Of a stretch of 64,000 nt of DNA, positions 1 through 12,207 are shown piece after piece. A model generated the notes under the pieces. It was not told the origin of the DNA. It saw only the letters and a list, made by a program, of their open reading frames with translations, and made no database searches. The first letter of the stretch is position 1, and every line of letters begins with the position of its first letter. Location of the stretch: the NCBI GenBank assembly GCA_052426225.1, contig JBNJNM010000011.1, positions 3,596,001 through 3,660,000 of the forward strand, in the 5' to 3' direction. Made by a program: the position numbers and the translations under genes. Origin of the DNA: Zancudomyces culisetae HAW-14-8. Taxonomy: Eukaryota > Fungi > Kickxellomycota.

Positions 1-2
1 AC

Positions 3-659
3 GGTAAAGTACACAATAGCACACCTTTTAGAGGGGTAAAGATAGGTGAAAAGTGTATTGTGGGCGATACAATTGGTGTTGGACATAATCCCAGGGCTGG
101 CTATGTATGGTTTACCCACAACGGTCGCAGATACTCCACAACGCTTATGGGCCTGAACTACGATTTGTTTCCATCTGTCTCTGCAGACGGACCATGCTCA
201 TTCAGCGTTAATTTTGGTCAACGTGGATTTGTATTTATAGAAGCTAATGTTAAGAAGTGGGGTTTGGCGCCTATTGAGGGCTGTTTGCTTCCCCCTCCAA
301 CTTATGGCGCCGATCATGGAACTGTTTTATTAGACGCTGCTGACGATCTGACAGCAGAAAATAACTCTGGATCTGTGCACGAAAACGATCCCTCCTCCAG
401 TGACAACGTATCTATAACTATACGGAATTCTTCATTCAACCAACAGGGCTCTTCAAACAACCCCAGAATACCAAATAATGCTCCCCAAACCGCCCCGAAG
501 AGATTTGCCCCTCCAAACTATCAAGAAGATGACCCAATAGCTATACAGATTCTAGAGGCTAAAAACACCAGAATTATGACATCCTCGCTAAAGAGCCACG
601 CAACAGAAACCCAGCCGAATCTTTCAGAGTTTCTTGCTAACTCAGACTTTTTGCCCTAG
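3..659 (+). CDS. SSH4: SPRY-domain Rsp5/Nedd4 adaptor (Ssh4/Ear1-like), 3' part; gene starts before the window
   Basis: Frame is open from nt 3. GDTIGVG..VWFTHNGRR..LFPSVSADGPCSFSVNFGQRGFVFIEANVKKWGLAP matches the Ssh4/Ear1 SPRY C-terminus, followed by PY motifs PPTY and PPNY. Confidence 0.8.
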   Translation, partial: GKVHNSTPFRGVKIGEKCIVGDTIGVGHNPRAGYVWFTHNGRRYSTTLMGLNYDLFPSVSADGPCSFSVNFGQRGFVFIEANVKKWGLAPIEGCLLPPPTYGADHGTVLLDAADDLTAENNSGSVHENDPSSSDNVSITIRNSSFNQQGSSNNPRIPNNAPQTAPKRFAPPNYQEDDPIAIQILEAKNTRIMTSSLKSHATETQPNLSEFLANSDFLP

Positions 660-1191
660 TCGCTTTTATTTCTTTAGTGCTGTACTTTTCGGTATGTGTA
701 TTTTTTGTTCGTTATGATACCTGTATTTAGCTATAACTTTGTGTTTTCTTAAAACCCTTCTTACCTAGTAACTTGAATATTGAATAATTATAGACCTTTC
801 AAAACCACAATGTTTGTTGATGACTTTGCGTGTGCCAACAAAATCTGAAGTTTTTAAAAAAAAAAATTAGCGCGAACGAATGACGTAAACTTGGTTTCCA
901 CTTTTATTTATTTTTTAATTTTTTTGCAGCCGCAAACCTGGACTTTCACAATTGAGCTTAAATTGCGGATTTGTAACTTTGCTTTTCACTCATATTAGCT
1001 GTTTAAATATTTTTTTGACTGTAAAGGCAAATAAAAAAGCAATACCTAAAAGAGGATTTGGAATCGGGAATTGCATTTTGGGCTACTTTTCTACATTTAC
1101 TTCATCTGCATCAATCGCTACTGAGAAACCCTCAACAAAAAATAGTAAATAAAATAAACGCTCCAGACGAGAGACCAACCGAAAGAAAAAG

Positions 1192-2217
1192 ATGATCGCG
1201 AATGTACAGCAGGCATCTCAAATATACGAGAGAACTTTCGAACTGATTGCTTCCAAAAGCAACTCTTCCACAATCGAGGATAATATAATGAATTTAAAGG
1301 TATTTGAAAGCGTTAAGCATGTCATTTCTTTCATCTTTGCTATTTTGTCTTTTTTTTGTTTTTTTAAAAAGGAATGTTATGGGCTAATGTATATACTAAT
1401 TAATAGAGATTTGTTATATTAAATTCGAGAACAACTCCACAAAAAAACGTGGAAATGTTGATATTCCACCGTGCAATTTTGGAACTAGGCGCTGAATGGT
1501 CTGTGCAAAAGGGACACGATCAAGAGTTTGAGCAATACATGATCCAGCTTCTTGTTTTTTATTTCGACTACTCCAATATTCTCTCTCCCTCTGACAAGAT
1601 GTATTATTTCATAGGATTAAACCTTCTGTTTTTACTAACTCAAAATCGGATATCCAACTTCAATGCACTACTTGAACGCCTCGACTTCGCAGTCATTCAG
1701 AACAACCCTTTTATATCTTATCCAATAAAACTTGAACAGGCAATCATGGAAGGCAGTTACAGAAAGGTCTGGAACGCCAGAAACGATGTACCAGCACCAG
1801 AATATTTGTTTCTGGTAGACATCTTGATGAATACTCTTAAAAACGAAGTGGCTAGTTGTGCAAACCAGGCATATACATCCTTGCCTCTTGAAGACGCCAG
1901 ATCACTTTTGTTTTGTAACTCAACACAGGAGGTTCATGAGCTTTGTAAAAAAGTAAGTATTCTCTCATTTATGTTATATTTTTCCGCCTGTAATTGTACA
2001 GACACCAAACTGTTTTGGGTATGATTAATTTCCGAAAATAACACAATTCTTACATATTTAAATCTAATACAATTACTAGTTCGACTGGTATCTATCACCA
2101 AAGGATCAAAAGATATACTTTAATCCAGATAAGAAAGAGGACACAGAAGAATTTAACCCTTCCTTGGTTATAGAGCAACTTCTTACATATGCCCAAGAGC
2201 TAGAGAGGATTGTTTGA
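1192..2217 (+). CDS. RPN12: 26S proteasome lid subunit Rpn12; exons 1192-1299, 1407-1952, 2080-2217
   Basis: ILELGAEWS, GLNLLFLLTQNRISNF, PIKLEQAIMEGSYRKV and terminal YAQELERIV*. GT-AG introns keep the frame. Confidence 0.93.
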
Positions 2218-2833
2218 TAGTTTTTATTATTTCTATACCGTGTTGTTTCCTTAGTAATGCACTATCTTTTTCTTTTGTTTTTTGCTATGGGACACGATAT
2301 AATATATGGTTTTAAATATGATGTACGCACCTTTAGTTTTAGTTTTTTTTTTTTGCGGTTTGGTTTGTTTTGTTTGCATACAAACCGAAATTACTAGTTC
2401 ATTTCTATTATTATTAAAATATGATACTACATGTGCTATAAGTTTATGAATATTATAAATTCAAAGCGAACACACCTGTATTTTTTAGGAGCTAAGCCGG
2501 GTTTGGAGAGAATGGTGTCATCAGATTGAAATTACTGAAGTGGTGTTAACCGTCTGAATTTAAAACATACCATTCTAGTGGTAACAAGTTAGCAACTCAT
2601 CTGAGTTTGGTATATGTGGCACCCTTTACCCTCGTTTTTTGTACACCCCAACTTCTATCTAGGGCAAAAAAATACCCATCTAAACTGATGTTTTTATATA
2701 TTTAGGTTTATTTTGGCGTTAATGACTCGTTAACTAAAAAAAAGAGATAAAATATATGTTTCTTTTACATAAACAAAGCTTAAAACATTGCACGCTTAAG
2801 GTATGCATGCAACCCAAGATTCCTGTACTAAGC

Positions 2834-3680
2834 CTAGAAAAGCAATTTGACAGCTAATAGTATAAACATAAATGAACCACTAAGGCCAAGTCTACATGAT
2901 TCGCTAATAGCGACATCTGCACTTGCATTTCTGTTTTTGCTTCCGACGTTACTGCTACCATCATAGCTGCCACTGCTACTATCACCGCCACTACTTGCAC
3001 TTTTATCACTACTCACTTGGCTGTCACTAGCTACTCTTTTCTTGCTGTCGTTAGAGGCACTTTCGTTTTCAGTACTAGAACTGGTGCTGCTGCTCTTGCC
3101 TTTTGAATCCTTATCTTTGTTGTCAGCGGGTTTTTTCCCCTTGTTGTCATCGCTATCAGATTTGTTGTTAGAGCTCTTACCAGGTGATCCATTTATATTA
3201 AAGACAGGGCTATATGATTGATCACCCTCTTCATTTGTAATTCTAACAGAGTAGTATTTGCTTGTGGGCAAATCATCTGGAACCTTAAACTTATACTTTC
3301 TGGTACTTGAATCAGTAGATTCGCTTATCGTATAAACGAGGTTTAGGTTGCCGCTATCTGCACCTTCCATCAGGTCAATTATTATATTTCCCTTTAGTGG
3401 CTCCTGTCTAACTGAATTTCTATGTAAACATATACCCAGACATGTCGTTATTGTAGTGATATGATCCAAAGATATAACGATATTTGTTTTTAATTGCTAG
3501 ACTCATGTTATGTCAACAACATCAAAAAAAATGTATGTAAAACTTTTCTACTTACACCCATGTAACAACTCCATCGGAGCCTGGTGTCCATCTACTTGAG
3601 CCGATTGGCATAGTGATCTGTATGCTCGCAAAGACATTAGCAACTAGTGCTAATACAGCTAGTACTCTACTGGATATCAT
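2834..3680 (-). CDS. Secreted, probably GPI-anchored Ser/Thr-rich protein (Kre9/Knh1-like N-terminal Ig domain); 2 exons
   Basis: Exon 1 MISSRVLAVLALVANVFAS|IQITMPIGSSRWTPGSDGVVTW gives a signal peptide. Exon 2 has IDLMEG, YKFKVPDDLP, YSVRI, YSPVFNI, a Ser-rich stalk and a hydrophobic C-terminal tail. Confidence 0.75.
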
Positions 3681-5101
3681 TTTTGTCTAGATTTTATGGT
3701 ATTTGATTCCAACTATTATCGGTCCTTATGTAGCCCGTAATTAAATATATACCAATTTGAGTAAAAAAAGTTTGACAGTATATGTAACTATATATATATA
3801 AGCGAGATGAAAGTACTAGGTATATAGTTAATTTACAAAGCTAATTAGGATCTTTCAAAACGACAATTTTGACTCCAGCAAAAATGAGTCAGGGTGTCTC
3901 ATTGCCTTTATTTTAATCCACTTCATCGCCAACTGGTTACAGAATAACACATTTGCAGTACTCTCATTTTTTTAGAGCCATACCTGCTTTTCCCCATTTG
4001 AACTAGCAGAAATGAAGTAAAATAGAATAAAGGTAAAAGTCGGGAAGGCTGGCGCTATACCATGTCCCGATTGTGGTTTAGCTCTACTTATTGTTGCTTT
4101 CATGTCATTAAGATTTGGTATTATCCGTAAAATTCAATCAGTATTAATTGCTGCTCTATCAAGTACAATGGATAGGCTTTAAGGTACCTGCAAGGTCAGA
4201 TTCTGCTTACTTTGTTATTTATTTCTACTTCTTTTTTCTTGCGAGTAATTGAGTTGTCATTGGTAATACTAGTAATTGTTTAATGTTTTTACTAAGCATT
4301 AACACAGCCATAGGTATCTACCAGACCATCTTATTCATAAGTTTGTACAAAGAATTGAACGGAGTATAACGTTGTAATTATGCAATAATAGTTAATTACG
4401 AGAATACTTGCCCCGAAAAAAAGGCTCATTGTACTAACACTATAAACTCTCCACTCCAGACAAACAAGTACTAATAATGTATTTTTGAGTCTGTAGACCC
4501 AAAGCATTCTTGTTTATTTCATAGCGGCTTTTCTCTGCTTTTAACTGTTTTGCTTTTGGATGAGTAATCCCCTGCTGTCTTTTTGTTGTCAACGTTTATT
4601 TTATTTTATTTTATTTTAAAGAAAAGCTTGTACAAAGGCATTTTAATTCTTTCGTCCTGCATTCCAAGATTTTAGAAACAATCTCCATCTAATTGTGTTA
4701 TGGGTATTCATTAATTAGATGGGCTATCAAACAATCAAATCGGGCTAACACAACAACAGGTTAAGAGTATATCCATTAAGGAATCAAGTAATCAATTTAT
4801 TGAGGATGAATTGTGTATCCCAAAATTAATTATACTAAGCCTCTTTCCTTTTTTCCATTTTGCACTTAGAAAAAAAAAACGTTGAGGTGCAACCACTTAA
4901 GCCAAGGTATAAGTGGTATAACACCCCCAGCCATCAAGGCCAATCAAAAATATACTAAAGTGTAATTTTGGTATTTTCAAAAAAAAAAAGGAGGGAAAGA
5001 GGTTAATATGAGCAAATCTAACGTGCTTTTATTACAAAAGCACATACAAGTATATACAAAAACGGAGAGAAAACAACTGTAGATTATAGAAACCAAAAAA
5101 A

Positions 5102-6716
5102 TCAGAACTGTAGCCATTTATAAAAATATTCGCAATTGGAGGGAGAAATCTCGTTATCTTCCGCACAAACACCAAAGACCTAACATACAAAGATTGATTT
5201 ACCAATATTAGAAATAAATAGACTTTGATACAAAGAAAAAGATATTTGAATGAACTTACTGGGCATTTTCCACATGGAATGTTTGTAAAGGGGGAAAAAT
5301 AGTCAACTGAAGGGATGGCACAGTACAGCCAGTCAGTGGTAGACTCCTTGCGATTGGCACTGCTTGAGGGTGTATAAGATGCTGGTGTGATGCGCCTGAG
5401 CTTTCCGTCGTACACAAGTATATCCAGAAGACATTGTATATCCTCAAGTGACAGGTCAACGGTGGAAATTTTGCTGTCTATAATAAACCTCCTAACTTGC
5501 ATTGCGCTTGGATACCCAATATAATCAAGTGGGTATATGGCTCCTGGGTTATCACGTGGACAACTCCTGCTATATATAAATCTGTAACATTGTTTTGATA
5601 ACTGCTCTATAAAATCGGTATCCAGCTCTTGATCTGTAAACCATGGCCCTCCGCTTATTTCGCGAGAGGGTTTCATGTCTATCAGCATATATAACTTTCG
5701 GGTTGGGTTCTTTACCGATTTTACCGACTTGATCAGCGACTTTTGCTCCAATGAACGGATGCAACGATTAACTATCTGTTGATGTAGATTTGTTTGTATC
5801 TTTATTGATCTTACCCAGATCCCTAAAAATAAAATAGATTTAAATCAAGTTTAATAAGGAAGTGATAAATCGGTTGATGGTTAAAAAGGTAGAGTAGAAC
5901 CAAGTGTTTTTTGATGTATGTACAAAAAGTGAGAAAATATTCAGTGTGTAGGTGTTTTTCAAAACCTCTTACCTTCATTAGCCGAGGCGGCTATTTGTTT
6001 ATATACCAACTGTTCTTCGGGATCTAATCCCATCATCCTATACACATAGCTCTAGTTGTTGTTACTGATACTTAACAATGGTATAAGATAGCGCGTGGTT
6101 TGGTAAACATTAAAAATCATGGTTGATCCTCGGATAGTTTTAGTATAATGGTAATATTACTTTGAGATTTCATCGTTTTTTACGGCTCGATAAGTAAACG
6201 TATTTCCAAGCTGGCAAATCTCGATCGCTCCCTAAAAAATTGCACAGGGGTAACATTTAGATCTTTGTAAACTGCTGTAAACTTTTGTGTTTTCCCATAC
6301 CGTTACCAAAAGAATAGGTAGAAGCAAAAGTAGTGTCAGCACTTCAAATAAAATGAGGTTTGCTGTTCGATTGTACTTACTAGTTTGGTGAGCTTGTTGA
6401 TCATGTTTGCTATTTCTTCAACAGAAAGATTGGGAATTTCCGTCTGTATTCGCTCCAAATCGACTCCCTAACAAGAAAGACATAAATAAACGGCTTTAGC
6501 ATTGATTACATTTTTTCCAACCATTATAGTGGTGAAAATTTACAAAGCTTGGGAAATTACAAGCTTTGCCAAAATCTAAATATAAATCGCAAAATGGGCC
6601 ATTTTGTATAAAAAGTTCGAGTACTGATATAAAATAAATGAGATTTTTCAACCTACATTTTCGTTCGTTTTCGTTAATTCGTAGAATTGATTTTCGGTCT
6701 GCGACAATGATTCCAT
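5102..6716 (-). CDS. RPC34: RNA polymerase III subunit C34/RPC6; 6 exons
   Basis: Spliced reading MESLSQTENQFYE...NEGIWVRSIKIQTNLHQQIVNRCIRSLEQKSLIKSVKSVKNPTRKLYML..ISGGPWFTDQELDTDFIEQL..PCGKCPVFGVCAEDNEISPSNCEYFYKWLQF*. Confidence 0.92.
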
Positions 6717-7208
6717 TCTGAAGACGATCAAAAGTAAATATATGTATATATGAGAAAAAACTATTTTACAACTATCACTGGTAAAGATATATTAATGACA
6801 CCAGATTTACAAGGTCGAAACTGTGCTTTCTATGCTTTAAAGAACGTATTTCACTATTAAGGTGATTTAGCCAGCTTTAACGAGTAGTGTGGTATTTGAT
6901 TTCTTTTTTTTTAGAATTTATGATTTTCAATTATTTTTTCAGACTCAAATCATAGGACTGCAAAATGTAGCTAAATTCTTCCATTTGGAAAAAAAAATTT
7001 TTTTAACCCAGTATCACTCCCAAAAACCGGAGAAATGATTTTTGGTATCAACTTGGGGAATGTTTTGATTAATTTCATGAACACTTTCATATTTAAAACA
7101 ACAATCTGGCGAAAAGCGTTTATATGTACATTGTAAAGGCTGTTTTATAAAACCAGCATTCCAACCTATAATCAAAAACACAGATAGCCAGAGAAAGAGA
7201 GCAAAAGT

Positions 7209-8718
7209 ATGGAGGAGGCGCATGAATACAGATCATCCCTGGAGTTTACGGCAATAGTTCTTGCGGGACCTGGGTCTGGACTTTATCCATTGTCTGAGAG
7301 GGAAAATGGCGCAAAGGCGCTGAATCCAATAGGGAACAGACCAATGATATGGTATATACTGCAATGGCTAGAAAGCGAAGGAATAAATGAAATAGAGATG
7401 GTGACTTTGGCGCGGGATGAGAGCCAGATATCGAATTATATGTTGGGAGTTTACGAGGGGAACGCAAAAATCAATATAACATCCTTTGAGGAGATCCTAG
7501 GTACGGCGGAGATAATTCGCAAAATATCGCATAACATCAAGACGGATTTTATAGTAGTTAGCGCAGATACAATTCTTGACATTCCAGCGTATCAATTTCT
7601 TGATATATTTAGACTAAAACGCCCTGATGTGAGCATGATTCTTGCACAAGAAGTGCCAAGTGAAGGGGGTGTGAGAGATGATGGAGATGAGGAGAGAAAA
7701 TACTACGGGTATGATTCAGAAACCTCAAGGGTAGTTTTTATTAAGGAATTGGACGAGGAGGATGATAAAGAGGAAAACATATTCATTAGGCGGAAATTAA
7801 TAAGAAAGGTCTCGTCTATTGCGATTAGCAGCAATCTTGTGGATATGCATGTATATGTCTTTAGACACTGGGTAAAAGAGTTTATTAACGATAGACCAGA
7901 GATAGTTTCTCTTCAATCGGATTTGATTCCTATGCTCGTTCGTGCACAAATGAATCGCAAAACTTTTGATAGGCTTGAATTATCAAAGTATATTCCGGAT
8001 AATAGTCCAAACGACAACATCAGCAATAAAAAAGAGCTTACAGTATTTGGATATATACGAAGAGGGGGGATTGGTGGACGGTCGGATACAATAGGCAGAT
8101 ATCTCAATCTCAATAGAATTGTATGTAAAGTATCCACAGATGCACGACAAGGAAATAGAGGCGATGCGGGATATTCCAGAATGGTTGAGAGCGTCAGGCC
8201 CATTATTGACAACAAAGCGATGGTTGGAAGCGATTCGCTGATAGGAAAATCGAGTAAACTAGCAGAAAAATGCGTGGTTAAGCGATCAGCAATAGGATCA
8301 CATTGTGTGATAGGAAGAAACGTGAAAATAACAAACAGTGTTATACAGGACCATGTGACAATTGAAGACAACGCCAAGCTGGAGAACACAGTAGTGTGTA
8401 AGAACGCAGTGGTTAAAAGCAAAAGCAGCCTGAAGGATTGTGAGGTTGGAGCATTTGCGATAGTTCCGGCAAATAGTAAGTGAATTTGATTTGGTACACA
8501 TTGGGGGGGGGGGGACATAGCATCGGATATTCATATATGTATTAAATCCAATAAAACTGTATATGCACACATGCGCATGTATGTTTGTGCATGTATGATT
8601 GGGTGAGTTTTGGTACTAATCTAAATTGGTAACACAAATAGCTAATGCAAAAGGCGAACAAATTCTAAAAACAGGAAGTGAAGACGGCACTGAGGGAGTC
8701 CAAATCAAGTTTAGTTAA
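7209..8718 (+). CDS. GCD1: Translation initiation factor eIF2B gamma subunit; exons 7209-8475, 8642-8718
   Basis: N-terminal nucleotidyltransferase-like domain (AIVLAGPGSGLYPL, KALNPIGNRPMIWYILQWLE) plus left-handed beta-helix hexapeptide repeats. No W2/HEAT domain, so gamma rather than epsilon. Confidence 0.88.
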
Positions 8719-10371
8719 GCAAAAAGCGGGCAGGTGGATACCTCGAAATGGCCTTTTTAAGGTAGTCTGCACCATTCATCTCTACTAGCCTGCTTAGCGT
8801 ACGCTCGAAGGCAAATAGCTCCTCTTCCCCAGTATAAAGCACGCTTACATCGCCAGCCGAAGACTCGCCTTCGTGTTTTGCAACCCTGAATATCTGGTAG
8901 ACATCAACTTGGCTGCTCATTACCAGCAGTACATTTTTTTCATAGAGAGTATCGACTAGTGTAATAAACCGACGAGCCTCGTCTCTATTTAGGCTACCCA
9001 TTTGTGGGACATCGTGTAACACGAGTACTTTAATTGATTTGAATATTTCCAAATAATCCACTGCACCATGGTGTTCTTTGCACAGAGTGCCAAAGTCTAT
9101 AAGCGCAACGTTTTCTGTGCTTTTGGGGATGATGAACTCACGACCCAAAAATTTGATTCCTCTACCAGTACTTATTTTATCGTCTCCACACAATGCGTAA
9201 AAGATCTCCATGAGTTTGAGACTATTGTTTTGATCATTTGGAGACAGGTATAACGAAGAAACGACTGGTTTTGCGTGTTTTCTGTAATCAATACCAGAAT
9301 CTAAGTTGACTACTTGGCAGTGCTCCTTAATCATTTGTATACAGGGAATAAAGCTAGCTCGTTGTAAGCCATTTTTGTACAGCTCATCGGGGCCTCTGTT
9401 ACTGGTGCTTATAAGCACAACTCCTTGCTCAAACAGTTCTGTTGTTAGCTGCCGGAGTATCATTGCATCTGCTATATCAGTTACCTGAAACTCGTCAAAA
9501 CAGAGCACCTTGGCCTCTTCGCTTATCTCCTTTGCCACAAAGCGAATTGGTTGCTCTACTTTTTTCTCTTTGATTTCCTGAACCCTCCTGTGCACTCCAA
9601 CCATAAATTCGTGAAAGTGTACTCGTTTTTTGTACACTGTATCCAGCGCATTATAGAATATGTCCATTATAGTCGTTTTTCCTGTCCCTACGCTACCATA
9701 AATGTAAAGCCCCATTGGTATATCCTCCTTCTTGCTCTTGTTCTTGTTCTTACTTTTGAAAAACTATTTTTTTATTTTCCAATTTATTAATCTAAAGTAC
9801 AACTCTGCTAAAAGCGATATTTAGAATATAGAACCATGAAATGCTAATACGTAGCAATATTTTTCTAATGACATAAACTTCAGACTTACGCTTGATAAAA
9901 GCCCTGTTTTTCTCTGGGGTTCTTGCCGTAAATACACGTTGATTTTCTTGTTTATATCCTCAAGCTTCTCCAGAATCAACAACTGGTTTAGATCCTGTTT
10001 TAGTAAACCTGCTTCTAATCGACTCTTGTATATATTTAATGGTGAAGTTAATGGTACGGTTTTTGTCGTATAACCCGCTTTTTGATCTATCATCAGTTTA
10101 CATAAAGATTTATGAGTTGAATAGTTGTTTCTTGCTGATACAACACACGAGTCCTTTGGATAGTAATACATCACGTGCGTAAACGCTGCAACGCGTATCT
10201 ATGATTAACAGGGGGTAGAGTTGCTATATTATTACCTATTTCTATATTATCTCTTAAAACAGGATATGTACCAAATGGTCTAACGTAGCACATTCTCGCT
10301 CCGCCACTACCTGGGCTTGCTAACCCTCTAAAGGCGTTTTTTGCACTGCTGCTAAGTCTACTTAAATGCAT
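8711..10371 (-). CDS. AFG1: Mitochondrial AFG1/LACE1 (ZapE-family) ATPase; probably 3 exons, first splice donor uncertain
   Basis: Walker A GSVGTGKT, RVHFHEFM, Walker B LCFDEFQVTDIADAMIL, TSNRGPDELYKNGLQR, EARRFITLVDTLYE, FAFERTLSRLVEM. N-terminus is Arg/Ser-rich like a mitochondrial presequence. Confidence 0.9.
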
Positions 10372-11226
10372 GTTGGGCTCAGTTTATGGTTGTCACTGCT
10401 GTTTGTCCAGGAGAGGCCAGAAAGGTGTTAAACGGCGCTTTAATGTTATCTCATTATTTTTACCATATTTATTTTGAATAAGGACTGATAAAAAAATCGT
10501 TATTTCTCCCAATACGATTTTTGGAAAATTTTCTGACTTTCTCGCTAATCATTTTATCTATCGCGAAAATGGACAGATACGGAAATAGCTTATGACCCAT
10601 AACACTTGTCTATACGAGCAAGTGTATGTCTGTGAGAACATATGAACCACAGATGCGTTTTAAAACATGCTAAGAAAACCAGTTAAATGGCTAAGGTGTA
10701 CTGTAGAAGCTTTGGTGGTAAAGTTATGTATCTGTAGATTGTAGTAAACTGGCACAGTGTCCCCGATTAACAAGAACAAAAACAAAAACAAAACCCTGAT
10801 AAAACAAAAAAAATATTTTTTTCAGTGCGAGATAAAATGTGTCACTGTTGCCTATCAGATATCGTCATGTAGCTCGTCCATAATAGGCCTGTTCTTTTTT
10901 GAAATGGTACACGGAAACGTAACCCTCTGTAAATATTCAGTTTTCACTGTTCAATTTTCTAATTTCCACTTTTTCTTTATTTTTCTGGCTTTTGATTACT
11001 AATCCACCTGACCCTAACATTATAACTCGCAATTAAAGCTTCTCCTCCCCACTCCATTCAGAAGTTTTGAAAATTATTTCTTTGAAAAAATAGACGCAAA
11101 TCAAATGCAATAAATACAGATTCTTTTCATACTTACATAGCTTGGTAAAAGTACTTGCAGCTCATTTCTAGATACTTTTTAAAGTATAACCAGCAGGAAA
11201 CAAACAAACAACCAAACAAACAAAAA

Positions 11227-12207
11227 ATGTCGCCAAACTACAAGAAATTAGCTACGACTCAAGAGTTGATAGATTTTGTAAACACGAATAACAAATCTGT
11301 GTTATTTTTCCAAGCCGATTGGGCCGAAGAATGTTTGCAGGTCGAAGAAATCTTGAAGGCCATATCGAAACAACATCCGCAAATCACCTTTTACTCGGTA
11401 AGCCTCACTGTTGCTAAATATCTAATCCCTGATATTGCTACTAATGCGAATGCTACTTTGAGGGAAATGATTTTTATTTAAATATACTAGAAGTATGTGT
11501 TATTATATATACAATAAACATGTTTAGATTGATGCAGAGAATCTACCGGATATTGCTGTAACCTATGATGTATCATTGGTACCAACTGTTGTTGTGATTG
11601 AAGTAAGTACCTTTTTTCTAATATCCAAGTGCTTCGAACTTCTTGATTTAACACCATACAAAACGATTGGCGGAACTATATGTTACTGGGTAGTATAGCG
11701 TGGATTCTTACATTATAAAAACAACATATTTTATAATAGGGTAAAAGGCAAATAGCGAAAATAGAGGGATACGATATTCAGGAAATCCAAAACTTACCTT
11801 CAAAGCTGACATCCGCAGCGCAGAGGCAACCAACGAGACAGCCCGTTTCTCCTGCAATTTTGAGTTCTCCACCTGAACTGGGTAGAGAAGCTTTAAACAC
11901 GAAATTAAAGGCTCTAGTTAATGAGGCGGCTGTTATGACCTTTATCAAAGGAACTCCCAACATGCCCAGATGCAAATTCTCCAGAAGACTGGTGGATATT
12001 CTGAATGAAAACAATATTATCTTTGGATATTTTGACATTCTTTCGGATGAGCAAGTCAGGCAAGGGTTAAAAGAATTCTCTAACTGGCCTACATACCCCC
12101 AGCTTTATATCAAGGGTGAGTTGGTTGGTGGGATCGATATCGTTCAAGAAATGGTTGATAACGAAGAGCTCCTTGAATGTGTTCCTTCAGAGTCCATCCG
12201 GGCTTAA
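11227..12207 (+). CDS. GRX4: Multidomain monothiol glutaredoxin (Trx + Grx; Grx3/4/PICOT type); exons 11227-11397, 11528-11602, 11740-12207
   Basis: Trx-like FQADWAEEC domain, then FIKGTPNMPRCKFSRR, FDILSDEQVRQGLKEFSNWPTYPQLYIKGELVGGIDIV. Confidence 0.9.

Noticed and set aside
7913-8518. Long antisense ORFs over eIF2B-gamma, and likewise over DBP10, PEX10, RAX2 and the Sec2-like gene
   Set aside because: Shadows of real genes caused by codon bias; no domain motifs.
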